Shown here in pieces: positions 17,859-27,566 of a DNA stretch of 64,000 bases. The notes beneath the pieces were generated by a model, which was given only the letters and a program-made list of their open reading frames with translations, had not been told where the DNA came from and made no database searches. Origin of the DNA: Acidimicrobiia bacterium (lineage in GTDB: Bacteria > Actinomycetota > Acidimicrobiia > Spongiisociales > ZC4RG35). Position 1 is the first letter of the stretch; every line of letters starts with the position of its first letter. Made by a program: the position numbers and the translations under genes. The stretch lies in contig CBDFJY010000002.1 of the NCBI GenBank assembly GCA_965248705.1, positions 1,715,384-1,779,383 on the forward strand. Direction: 5' to 3'.

Positions 17859-19210
17859 GGCCCTTCGCGAAATCGTGGGATTGTGGTCTGGCTGGTTGGT
17901 GGTGGGGTTCATGTTAGGAGGAGTCCTCGGGCGGCGTAGTTTTGGGGGTTTGTGAAGCCGTGGGCGGTTCTGCGGAGGGTTTGGATTAGGTTGTTGGTGC
18001 CTTCGAGGGGTCCGTTGGAACGGCGGCTGTGGTGCCAGTTCAGGATCTCGTCGGCCCAGTTCAATATGGTGTCCACGGTGTTGTGGTACTCGGGAATCTG
18101 GCCGGTTTCGTAGAGGTCGGCGAAGCGTTGGAGAGCGTCGAGGGCGCCTTGGAGGTCGTTGGCCTGATAGAGGCCGTAGAGCTCTTGTAAAGCGTCCCAA
18201 GCCACCCGAAGACGCGGATGAGCGGCGAATAGCCGGTCGAGGCGTCTCTGTTCGGTTCCAGTAAGGTGGTCATGTCTTTTGAGAAGAGCGAACCGGGCGC
18301 GGAACAGGTCCGGATGGAAGGCGGGTTTCACACCGGGCGGCTGGCGGCGTTGCAGTTCCCGGCGTACCAGAGTGAGCCCCTGGGTGAACCATCGGACGGC
18401 GTGGAAGCGGTCCAGGACATGACGGGCTCCGGGAAGATAACGATGAATAGCTGCCCGGTAGGAGTGGGAACCGTCGGTGACCACGGTATTCACACTGTGG
18501 CACCATCGGGGTCCTTGTTCTATGAAGAACCTGCTCAGTTCTGCCTTTGAACGTCCTGGGAACATAGAAAGGACCTGGCCGGTGTCGCCGTTGACCACCA
18601 CGGTCACATAACGATGCCGTTTGCGGATCGAGGTCTCGTCAATCAACAACACCCGACATTTCTGACGGCGCCGCCGCGCTCGGACCAGCCCGGACCAGTC
18701 GCTGACCAGACCCATCACCAGATGCCACCCCACACGGTGTCGGCGGGACACCGCCGAAATAGGCATCACCTGAGCGTCTTGGACCAGCCTTCGCGCCAAC
18801 CGGCGAGTGAGACCACCCTCGAACTGGGGATGGGTTTCCATATGACGCTTTCCACAATGGTTGCACACGAACCGCCGCTGGGTCCATAACAGCACCGTCG
18901 GACGGCCGCTGATCTCCAGATCACGGATCTCCCTCCGGCGACGGTCATGAACCCGCCGGCACGAACGACCACAAAACGGACACGACGACAACTTCCTGGT
19001 GGACATCACTTCCACCACCAACTCTGTGAGGGTGTCCACCACCACACCGGTCACACGAACCCCACGCAGGTGCAACCGCACCCGCATAATATCAGCACTC
19101 ATTGAGGCCTCCTGGATAGGCGATTTTTATTTCACCACCTATTCCAGCGAGGCCTCAACCCCTAACCAAGGACCCCCTCCCCACCCCGAACCCCAAGAAT
19201 TCGCGAAGCC
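17859..19210 (-). mobile_element. Complete ISL3-family insertion sequence
   Basis: Imperfect terminal inverted repeats: ggcccttcgcgaaatcgtggg at 17859, and ggcttcgcgaattcttgggg as the reverse complement ending at 19210. One intact transposase ORF lies inside. Confidence 0.8.
17909..19102 (-). CDS. ISL3-family transposase
   Basis: 397 aa. Zinc finger CPFCG...C..CG, followed by the ISL3 DDE region and the C-terminus NGPLEGTNNLIQTLRRTAHGFTNPQNYAARGLL. Confidence 0.85.
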   Translation of the reverse strand: MSADIMRVRLHLRGVRVTGVVVDTLTELVVEVMSTRKLSSCPFCGRSCRRVHDRRRREIRDLEISGRPTVLLWTQRRFVCNHCGKRHMETHPQFEGGLTRRLARRLVQDAQVMPISAVSRRHRVGWHLVMGLVSDWSGLVRARRRRQKCRVLLIDETSIRKRHRYVTVVVNGDTGQVLSMFPGRSKAELSRFFIEQGPRWCHSVNTVVTDGSHSYRAAIHRYLPGARHVLDRFHAVRWFTQGLTLVRRELQRRQPPGVKPAFHPDLFRARFALLKRHDHLTGTEQRRLDRLFAAHPRLRVAWDALQELYGLYQANDLQGALDALQRFADLYETGQIPEYHNTVDTILNWADEILNWHHSRRSNGPLEGTNNLIQTLRRTAHGFTNPQNYAARGLLLT

Positions 19211-19215
19211 TCCTC

Positions 19216-19700
19216 CTACTTCGCTTCCGGCGACCACAAAGACGAGGCCATGCAGACCATGGCAAATGGCCTAACGGTCCGTCGGCTGTACGACGAGAGA
19301 AAGCTCGGCGGAATCATCGGGATGGGCGGCACTGGCGATACCTCCATTGCCACGACGGGGATGCGCGTTCTGCTCGTTGGTGCGCCCAAGGTGATGGTTT
19401 CCACGGTGGCGGGCGGCGATGTCAGCACCTACGCGGGCACCAGGGACATCGTGTTCGTCCCGTCCATCGTCGACGTCGGCGGGATCAACACCATCAGTCG
19501 CGCCATATTCTCCAACGCGGCGGGGCAATCGCCGGCATGATCAAGCTGGACCAGCCGCCGGCAGGCCAGGAGCGTCCCCTGGTTACCGCGTCCATGTTCG
19601 GCAACACGACGGAGTGCGTCGAAAAGGGCCCGCGGAGTGGTGGAAAGCGGCGGTCACGAAGTGCTTGTGTTTCACGCCACCGGGATAGGGGGCAAAACTG
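19216..19700 (+). pseudogene. Internal fragment of a UPF0261 (Tm-1-like) family gene with frameshifts
   Basis: LGGIIGMGGTGDTSIATTGMRVLLVGAPKVMVSTVAGGDVSTYAGTRDIVFVPSIVDVGGINTISRAIFSNAAG, then AIAGM...TASMFGNTTECV and GHEVLVFHATGIGGK in other frames. Both termini are missing. Flanked by ISL3 and IS30. Confidence 0.6.
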
Positions 19701-19883
19701 CTCGCTCTGCTAATCGCGCACAGCCTACGTCAACCCAACAACTTCGACAACGACGAAAACTAACTAGACAGCGAACAGCCACCCACCCCCACCCCGCGCC
19801 CGGCCATCCCATCCAATGTCGCCAACGGGCTGACAACCCGAAGCCCAAGTCTCGTCGTTTTCCTTGGATTGTCCCTCGGTGGA

Positions 19884-21324
19884 TTCAAACGGTCGTCGCA
19901 ACGTCTCGAGAGTGAGGAGTTACGATGGAAGCAAGGAAGGTTCGTCGGGCTGATCGTGCGTTGCGGCCTGCGATGCGGTCGCCTGGTCGTCCGCCGGTTG
20001 GGCGGCGTGAGCATCGGGAGCGGTTTTGGGAAGGGATCGGTGGTGGGTTGTCGAGCGAGGATGCTGGTGTGGCGGCTGGTGTGTCGCCTGTGGTTGGTTC
20101 GCGTTGGTTCCGCGAGAATGGTGGGATGGTCCCTTTTTCTTTTGTACCGGTTTCGGGGCGTTATTTGTCTTTTGTTGAGCGAGAAGAGATTGCTGTTCTC
20201 CACGCCCGCGAGTGTGGGGTGCGTGAGATCGCCCGCCAGTTGGGCCGATCACCGTCGACGGTCTCACGTGAGTTGCGCCGCAACGCCGCAACCCGTAGTG
20301 GAGGCTTGGAGTATCGGGCCACGACCGCACAGTGGCATTCGGATCGGCGTGCCAGTCGCCCCAAGGTTTCCAAGCTGGCCTCCAACGACCCCCTCCGTAA
20401 ATACGTTCAGGATCGCCTGGGTGGGATGATCGTCCGCCCCGATGGCGAGCTGGTGCCGGGACCCCAGGTGCGGTGGGTGGGTCGCCGTCATGGGCGACGA
20501 AAGGATCGACGGTGGGCAAGCTCGTGGAGTCCAGAGCAGATCTCGAACCGGCTCCGGATCGATTTCCCCCATAATGAGTCCATGCGGATTTCTCACGAGG
20601 CGATCTACCAGGCGCTTTATGTGCAAGGCCGGGGTGCGCTCAAACGCGAGTTGGTGGCTTGTTTACAAAACCGGGCGAGCGTTGCGGGTCCCGAGGGCCC
20701 GAACCCGGGGGCGGGGCAAGAAGTTCGTCAGTCCCGAGATCATGATCAGCCAACGTCCGGCCGAGGCCGACGACCGGGCAGTGCCAGGCCACTGGGAAGG
20801 AGACCTGATCCTCGGACTGCAGAGTTCCGCGATCGGGACCCTTGTCGAGCGCACGACGCGGTTCACGATGCTGCTGCACCTTCCCCGCATGCCAGGCCAC
20901 GGCCAACAGCAACGAGTCCACAACGGGCCCCCTCTTGCCGGTCATGGCGCCCAAGCAGTCCGCGACGCGATCGCTGAGTCGATCACCACCCTACCCCAAC
21001 AACTGCGCCGCTCCCTGGCCTGGGACCAAGGAACCGAGATGGCACAACACGCTCAACTCCGAATAGACACCAATCTCGATATCTACTTCTGCGACCCCCA
21101 AAGTCCCTGGCAGCGTGGCACCAACGAGAACACCAACGATCTCCTCCGACAGTACTTCCCCAAAGGCACCGACCTCAGCAGACACTCCAGAGGCGACCTG
21201 GACGCTGTCGCCGCAGCTCTGAACAGTCGACCCCGCAAAACCCTCAACTGGAAGACCCCCGCCGAGACCCTCGACGAACACCTACACTCTCTCAAACAAG
21301 ACACTGTTGCGACGACCCCTTGAA
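19884..21324 (+). mobile_element. IS30-family insertion sequence
   Basis: Inverted repeats: ttcaaacggtcgtcgcaacgtctc (19884-19907), and 21300-21324, whose reverse complement reads ttcaaggggtcgtcgcaacagtgtc. They enclose a single transposase gene. Confidence 0.7.
19925..21323 (+). pseudogene. IS30-family transposase split by a +1 nt frameshift in an A4 run
   Basis: ORF 19925.. carries the HTH part up to ..LKRELVACLQ. ORF ..21323 continues TGRALRVPRARTRG...HWEGDLI...DQGTEM...PWQRGTNENTN. Removing one A from 20667-20670 restores a single frame. Confidence 0.75.
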
Positions 21325-21830
21325 CCTGAGCAGGACAGTTAGGTCATCCGACAGACCACTTGATTTGTGAGGGTCGCCATCAGTTGCGCCGTTTGCCGTG
21401 GGTGCCTCCGACCGGCCGGGGAAGCAACACAGATCTCTGCGAACCCCATTCTTCACACCGCAGGATGTGGGCGTACTCATTCCGACTGATCTGTCTGATC
21501 TGTTCACTACGGTTCGTGTGCGAAGCAAGGCAATCAGGTTCGCTAGCGCCCTGTAGCGCAGGAGATGGCGGCTTCCCCACCCATCGGCTTCCCCGTCGTG
21601 CCTCCTGAACGAGATTGTTTCGATCAAAATGTGACTGGGCCGTCTATGGATCTCACGCGCCGACGAGGGCAGCAGTGGAGTCCATTCTTGTGGTGTACGG
21701 GGGCCTGGTGGGGTTCAATGGGTTCGATCCTCAACGAAATCCCCTGTGACATGGTGCGGTAGCCAATCTAACTCCTCCCCAGACAAGATTTACCTTGGCC
21801 AGCCTCGACAACGTGAAGCTTCTGCTCCAA

Positions 21831-22787
21831 TCACTGGATATCGCCGGTGAGAGCCTGCCTGGGATTCGTTATAAGAATCGTAGAGACAGTTTCATCAGAG
21901 ACGCCTTGCTTATGCAACTGAGGAACGATTCTGGTCAGAAGATAATCATAACCATTACCGCCTCTAGCCCGCAGAGAGCTCTGAAAACAGACATCTTGTG
22001 ATAGCAGAATATGCCTAGTAAAACCTTTGTCGATCAAGGACACTACATACTCAAGAGCCCTGATATCATCAAAAGAAGAAGCCGCGGTTCCAAAGTGGTC
22101 AAAGGAGACGAAGGCACCTCGGCGTACCAAGGATTCGTGATAGTCAATCACATCATCTGACGACATCCAACCGGCATCTGACACCGAATCGCAGTGACCG
22201 ATGATGACGCGACACGGACTCACTCCTTCCTCTTCAAGGAGATCAAGTTGCACATGGCCCACCGGCCAGCGGGCGGCGTGCGTGCTTATGGTTACCCCGG
22301 TTCGACGGTGAGCGCGGGCAGCTGCTCTGAACACGCGTTCTTCATGAGCTGTCAGGAATGCGTCACAACCTATCTCACCAATGATTCCCGCACGTATTCC
22401 TGTACCGTCAATGCCGACCTCTATTTCGTCCACCATCCAGCGAGCGAGCTGATCTACGCTGTTCTGGTCAACCCATTCACTGTCCAGGTAGGGGTGCCTA
22501 TAAAGCCCGGTTCCCACAACGATGTTCAAGCCCGTCGCTTCACTGACCTGCTTGACCTGCTGTGGTTGACGGCCCATCCCTCGGAGAGTGAGATCCACAA
22601 GGCTTTGACCCCCGGCACTCTTGAAGCGGCTTAACTCCTCCACAGCTAGAGCACCGTCATTCAGCCAACCATCACCACGATACTCAGAAATCAAAGTGCA
22701 GAACACGTGCTCATGCATCAATGTCACTCCAAGATCGTCTGGTGATATCTCACCGAGCACCGTCGTAATGTGCTGGCTGCTATTCAT
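21831..22787 (-). CDS. Phosphotriesterase-related protein (PHP/PTE family amidohydrolase)
   Basis: 318 aa. LMHEHV metal motif, GIIGEIG, STHA, IGHCD, and the GGNGYDYLL tail, colinear with Php-type proteins. Confidence 0.8.
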   Translation of the reverse strand: MNSSQHITTVLGEISPDDLGVTLMHEHVFCTLISEYRGDGWLNDGALAVEELSRFKSAGGQSLVDLTLRGMGRQPQQVKQVSEATGLNIVVGTGLYRHPYLDSEWVDQNSVDQLARWMVDEIEVGIDGTGIRAGIIGEIGCDAFLTAHEERVFRAAARAHRRTGVTISTHAARWPVGHVQLDLLEEEGVSPCRVIIGHCDSVSDAGWMSSDDVIDYHESLVRRGAFVSFDHFGTAASSFDDIRALEYVVSLIDKGFTRHILLSQDVCFQSSLRARGGNGYDYLLTRIVPQLHKQGVSDETVSTILITNPRQALTGDIQ

Positions 22788-23032
22788 GGGTCTGGGGTTA
22801 CAGCATGAAACGACGGGGTTGAATCACCAGGCGCGTGCTTCTCGCTGGATCCAAATTCATTAGGCCAGTCCAAGCTCATTTGCCATTGTTGTATACCAAG
22901 CACCCAGAATGGTGTATTCGTGCTCCAAGGTGAACGCCCTGCGGGTTCACCTTTGTGCACTGTATCGAGCAGCCTGTGTCTGTAAATAGACCTGTCGCTC
23001 TGTTGAGATATCATGCCATCGACTTCGTTCAT
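22784..23032 (-). CDS. Small hypothetical protein (82 aa), translationally coupled on both sides
   Basis: Its ATG (23032-23030) overlaps the amidase stop (ATGA), and its stop overlaps the PTE-like ATG (ATGA at 22787-22784). I do not recognise a family. Confidence 0.45.
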   Translation of the reverse strand: MNEVDGMISQQSDRSIYRHRLLDTVHKGEPAGRSPWSTNTPFWVLGIQQWQMSLDWPNEFGSSEKHAPGDSTPSFHAVTPDP

Positions 23033-24609
23033 ACGTCGGCACCAGAAGATCTATCATTAGCAGCCTTTTCTACCTCAAACGCAGCGTTAAACAACAGATC
23101 TTCATCGAAACGCCTACCGATGATTTGTAACCCGATAGGTAAGCCATTGTCACCCGTACCACACGGTACCGTTATTGCAGGATGTCCCGTCAAGTTCGCA
23201 GGACATGTATTGAGATTATTGCGGAACAGGCCACGTTGCTTCGCCTGTCCGACTTCCGACTCCTCCACGGTAGGAAGCCGAACAGCCTTCATCGGTGTCG
23301 TAGGAGTAACAAGCACATCGTATTCCTTGAACGTATCGTCCAGTTGCTGTGACCAAAAGTGCCGAAGATTCTGGGCCTTCGAAAAGTAGGTACTGCAATA
23401 CTCTTGCTGCAGATATTTAGCAAGAATTAGATGTACGATCAGGAGGGGCGATAGAAGACGGCCTGAAGCGCGTCGTGCCTTTCCAAACAAGTTCTGCCAA
23501 CCAGGATCACACATACCAGGCCGGGAATATCCTTCGAGGTCAGAATCGACCATCGCAGCAAGCGAATGAGTCATTATGGCCAGTATCACCGATTCGCATT
23601 GCTTCCACCACGGAAGGGAGATCTCTTGCACCTCCGCACCTTGATCCCTCAGTCCCTCCACAGCATCTCGGACGCTCGAGTTGACGTCCGATTCCCCGTC
23701 TAGCCAATCCATCGATTCCTTTAGAACGCCAATCCGAAGATTTCCGACGCCCTTCTCCCCAAGGCCCTGACTGTATGCCTGAGATCCGTATGGAACCCGA
23801 ACAGACACTGGGCTTCGGGGATCTTCACCAGCCAACACCTCAAGTGCTAAAGCAGCATCCTTCACAGTTGCCGCTATGGGACAAACATGGTCAAGTGTGT
23901 GGTCCACATAAGCGATGCCGAAGCTTGGCACCAAGCCATGTGTCGCCTTCATCGACACGACACCGCACCAAGCGGCCGGAATACGGGCGCTACCCCCCTG
24001 GTCTACTCCAAGCGCGATGTCAACTTCCCCGGCCGCAACCGCTGCCGCACTCCCGGACGAAGATCCTCCCGCGGAATACGCTGGATCATGAGGATTCCTC
24101 GCTGGACCAAATTCGCTGGACTCTCCTCCCGCGCCGAAGCTGAAACTATCCATGTTCAGTTTGCCCACGATTGTCCCGCCCGCATCAAGAATCCTCTCAA
24201 CGACAGTCGCGTCCATGGATGGCACATACCCTTCCATCAGCCGTGAACCGTTGGTCATCGGGACACCAGCGAGCTTAATGTTGTCTTTTAAACCAACTCG
24301 TTTCCCTGACAGCTTGCCCGATTCTGAGCCTCTCACTAAACAGCGCCGAATGTATACGTTGAACGGATCGCTCTCGTTATCGGACGGCTCGCCTATCTCA
24401 CGCTCAGGATATCTAACTGGAACTGAAGGAATCTCTAGGTCATTAATTTGGTCGATTTGCGACATTATGTTGCAGATCTGATCGATATAGGACTCGGCCT
24501 CGTTAGCGGACAAGCGAATATACTGAGAGGCCGCAAGTTCCTGTACCTCGGACAGCTCTGGACACCGCAGCCGCCCATGCAATCTATCACTACGCTCCAT
24601 CTGTGTCAT
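23029..24609 (-). CDS. Amidase (amidase-signature family)
   Basis: 526 aa. AS signature GGSSSGSAAAVAAGEVDIALGVDQGGSARIPAAWCG. Confidence 0.9.
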   Translation of the reverse strand: MTQMERSDRLHGRLRCPELSEVQELAASQYIRLSANEAESYIDQICNIMSQIDQINDLEIPSVPVRYPEREIGEPSDNESDPFNVYIRRCLVRGSESGKLSGKRVGLKDNIKLAGVPMTNGSRLMEGYVPSMDATVVERILDAGGTIVGKLNMDSFSFGAGGESSEFGPARNPHDPAYSAGGSSSGSAAAVAAGEVDIALGVDQGGSARIPAAWCGVVSMKATHGLVPSFGIAYVDHTLDHVCPIAATVKDAALALEVLAGEDPRSPVSVRVPYGSQAYSQGLGEKGVGNLRIGVLKESMDWLDGESDVNSSVRDAVEGLRDQGAEVQEISLPWWKQCESVILAIMTHSLAAMVDSDLEGYSRPGMCDPGWQNLFGKARRASGRLLSPLLIVHLILAKYLQQEYCSTYFSKAQNLRHFWSQQLDDTFKEYDVLVTPTTPMKAVRLPTVEESEVGQAKQRGLFRNNLNTCPANLTGHPAITVPCGTGDNGLPIGLQIIGRRFDEDLLFNAAFEVEKAANDRSSGADV

Positions 24610-24711
24610 CCGACTCCTTTACAGGCGAGCTCGATAGCTAGCCGTCTTTCCGATCTTATGCTATTCACTTGTGCAACGCTGGCATGCATTTCATTATCCT
24701 TACAGCACGAA

Positions 24712-25539
24712 TCATTCGCGGTTGTCTTGCAGAGTCTCCCCAGTCTCTCTGGGACTGGTGCTTTTTGGCACGTTGACTACACTAGAAAGAAGAGCTTTTG
24801 TGTAATTAGATTGTGGATTAGATATGACGTCTCTTGTGGCTCCAGATTCTAATATTATCCCTCGTTGCATCACCGCTATTCGATCACTTATGAAACTGAC
24901 AACGCCTATGTCATGTGCAACAAACAAATAGGTCAAACCGAGCTCCTCTTGGAGATCCATAAGCAGATTCAAAACCTGCGCTTGGATCGAGACATCTAGA
25001 GATGAAACGGGCTCATCCAGGAAAACAAACCGCGGCTCGACTACAAGGGCTCTAGCAATGCAGATTCTCTGGGCTTGCCCGCCGCTGAACTCATGAGGGT
25101 ATCGGTCTGCGTCTGCGCTTTTGAGGCCAACTAGGTTCAAGATTTCCGCAACACGGTTCCGGCGATGTAGCCGGGAAAAGCCGAAGTTGATCAGTGGTAA
25201 CTCGACTGACTGCCCAACGGTCTTGACGGGATTCAACGCCTCCAATGGATTCTGCGAAACCATCTGAATCTCTCTTCGGAGTGGCCTCAATGCCTTTTCA
25301 GAGACTCCCGTGATCGACTGCCCTCTGTATCTGATCTCGCCGGAGGTTGGTCTGACTAGTCCCATGATCATCAGTCCTAAGGTGGTCTTCCCGCCACCCG
25401 ACTGCCCGACGAGACCGAACGTCTCGCCTCGCAGTATTTGAAGATTGGCGTTCTCGACTGCGACAAAATTGCGGCCTTTGTACCCTTGGAACTCCTTCGA
25501 TACGTCAATTACCTGAAGGAGAGACGAGTGCTCACTCAT
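24712..25539 (-). CDS. ABC transporter ATP-binding protein (DppF/OppF-like)
   Basis: 275 aa. Walker A GQSGGGKTT, signature FSGGQAQR, Walker B FVFLDEP. Confidence 0.9.
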   Translation of the reverse strand: MSEHSSLLQVIDVSKEFQGYKGRNFVAVENANLQILRGETFGLVGQSGGGKTTLGLMIMGLVRPTSGEIRYRGQSITGVSEKALRPLRREIQMVSQNPLEALNPVKTVGQSVELPLINFGFSRLHRRNRVAEILNLVGLKSADADRYPHEFSGGQAQRICIARALVVEPRFVFLDEPVSSLDVSIQAQVLNLLMDLQEELGLTYLFVAHDIGVVSFISDRIAVMQRGIILESGATRDVISNPQSNYTKALLSSVVNVPKSTSPRETGETLQDNRE

Positions 25540-26588
25540 GTCGGTGAACCTGTTTCAAAGAGCCAACACTTCACTAGTGTGTCATCGGCTAATCTAAATT
25601 CTGGAGGCGAGGATTGAAAACATCTCTCCATGGCATGTGGGCATCTCGGAGCGAATCTGCAACCTCGAGGGAGATTCTGAGGATCGGGTAGGCTTCCCTC
25701 AATTTGAGGGAGCCGCTTCCCTTTAGTTTCTAGATCAGGAACGGAATCTCTAAGTCCGATTGTGTATGGGTGCTTCGGAGAGGTAAGAATCTCGCCAGTT
25801 GATGCCTGTTCCACTCGCTGGCCCATGTACATCACGACCACTCGATCAGATACCTGAGCTACGACTCCGAGATCATGGCTTATTAGAAGAACCGACATTC
25901 CCGTTTCACGCTGTACCCGATCAATCAGCTCGAGTATCTCGACTTGAGTGAGAGAATCAAGCATTGTCGTTGGCTCGTCAGCTATCAATAGTTGCGGCTC
26001 ACCTATCAATGCAAGCGCGAGCATGATGCGTTGATTGATACCTCCGCTTACCTGAAAAGGGCGCAAACTAACAATCCGCTCCGGATCCTCAAGATCAAGG
26101 TACGATAGTAGTTCAAGGCTCAATTCCCGACCCTCGTCTTTAGTCACTGCTCGGTGCTTCCTAGCAGTCTCGATGAGCTGATCTCCAAGGCGAATCACCG
26201 GATTTAATGCGGCGTAAGGATTTTGAAAAATCATCGCGATCTGTTTGCCTCGAATCTCTTGCATCTCTCTATTGCTCTTTTTCATCAGGTCATGTCCTTT
26301 GAACATCAGCCGACCGTCGACTATTCGACCCTGATGCTGCGGAATGAGCCTAAGAATGGACAATGCGGTTACGCTCTTGCCTGATCCTGACTCCCCGACA
26401 ACAGCAACCACTTCGCCGCGCTCAACCTCCAAACTCATCCCGTCAACCGCCTTCAAGACACCATTTGGTAAGAAGAAGTGCGTGTGAAGATCGTCGACCT
26501 TGAGAAGGGCCCCGCCCCCATTTTCTTCGAGCATTGATGACCTGCTCAATACGACAGAGTCCGTTGTTTCGCTTATCCGGTTGTCCAC
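25536..26588 (-). CDS. ABC transporter ATP-binding protein (DppD/OppD-like)
   Basis: 350 aa. Walker A GESGSGKS, signature VSGGINQR, Walker B LLIADEPTT, and a C-terminal oligopeptide-type extension with CRFAPRCP. Confidence 0.9.
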   Translation of the reverse strand: MDNRISETTDSVVLSRSSMLEENGGGALLKVDDLHTHFFLPNGVLKAVDGMSLEVERGEVVAVVGESGSGKSVTALSILRLIPQHQGRIVDGRLMFKGHDLMKKSNREMQEIRGKQIAMIFQNPYAALNPVIRLGDQLIETARKHRAVTKDEGRELSLELLSYLDLEDPERIVSLRPFQVSGGINQRIMLALALIGEPQLLIADEPTTMLDSLTQVEILELIDRVQRETGMSVLLISHDLGVVAQVSDRVVVMYMGQRVEQASTGEILTSPKHPYTIGLRDSVPDLETKGKRLPQIEGSLPDPQNLPRGCRFAPRCPHAMERCFQSSPPEFRLADDTLVKCWLFETGSPT

Positions 26589-27520
26589 GTCCTCGTCCTA
26601 TGTCTCGGATCGAGAGCGTCCCTGAGGCCGTCTCCTACAACGTTGAAAGCGAGTGCTACGGCAATGATCAAGAATCCTGGAACGGTTGCGATATGGGGCA
26701 GTTCCTGCAGAACCACTCGTCCGCCAGCGGTCATGATTCCCCAGTCGGGAGTCGGAGGTTGAACACCAACCCCAAGAAAGCTGAGACCAGCCGCCATGAC
26801 GATCATCCCTCCCACTCCCGTCGATGCGTAAATGATGACAGGAGGAATCACATTGGGAAGCACCTCCCGCAGTAGCTTCCTCCTTCGAGGGGTGCCAGCT
26901 ACCTGCGCTGCTCTCAAGTAGTCACTACCGCGAACTGAAACCGCCTCGACAAACACCACGCGGGTCAAATATGGGATGGATACCACGCCGATTGCAAGCA
27001 TCACGTTCATCATGCCTGGTCTCAAGATTGTCGCTACTACTATGGCCAGTAGCACAGGAGGGAACGCGAACATCACGTCCAGGATCCTCATCGCCAGACC
27101 ACCAATCCAGCCTGCCGAAAAAGCTGCCATCAGCCCTATCGCGAGCGAGGCTGCTAACGCGCCGAGAACAGGTAGGACTGCTACTGGAATTGAAACCCGT
27201 CCCCCCCAGAGAAGCCTTGTGAACACATCCCGTGCCTGTCCGTCGGTTCCTAAGAAATGGCCCGGGGTTCCCAGAGGGGCATAACGCCCGACTTCTCTAT
27301 GAGCTTCATTTGGGCCGTAGGGGGTTAGGAGATCGGCCCCGAACGAAGCAGCCACAACAACAACAATGAGGATTAGGCCGGTAAGTGCAAGCCGGTCACG
27401 AGCGAACGTCCGGATAATGAGTCTGAACTGTCCGGTTTGCGTTGTCGTGAGCGGATCAGTCTGCCGGGTCCCTTTGTCTCGAGCTACCGCTCCTTCCAGC
27501 ACATCTCCCTCTTTGCTCAT
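26573..27520 (-). CDS. ABC transporter permease (DppC-like)
   Basis: 315 aa. EAA-loop region DYLRAAQVAGTPRRRKL; multi-TM. Confidence 0.85.
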   Translation of the reverse strand: MSKEGDVLEGAVARDKGTRQTDPLTTTQTGQFRLIIRTFARDRLALTGLILIVVVVAASFGADLLTPYGPNEAHREVGRYAPLGTPGHFLGTDGQARDVFTRLLWGGRVSIPVAVLPVLGALAASLAIGLMAAFSAGWIGGLAMRILDVMFAFPPVLLAIVVATILRPGMMNVMLAIGVVSIPYLTRVVFVEAVSVRGSDYLRAAQVAGTPRRRKLLREVLPNVIPPVIIYASTGVGGMIVMAAGLSFLGVGVQPPTPDWGIMTAGGRVVLQELPHIATVPGFLIIAVALAFNVVGDGLRDALDPRHRTRTWTTG

Positions 27521-27566
27521 TGCTCTTGGCCGAATTCAGGCTCGACGGGTTCTGAAACTGATAGCT

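Noticed and set aside
19925-21323. Programmed ribosomal frameshift as the explanation for the two-ORF IS30 transposase
   Set aside because: As far as I know, IS30-family transposases are made from one ORF. The required shift is +1 at caaaacc, with no recognisable slippery heptamer or downstream structure. A mutation or homopolymer error is more parsimonious.
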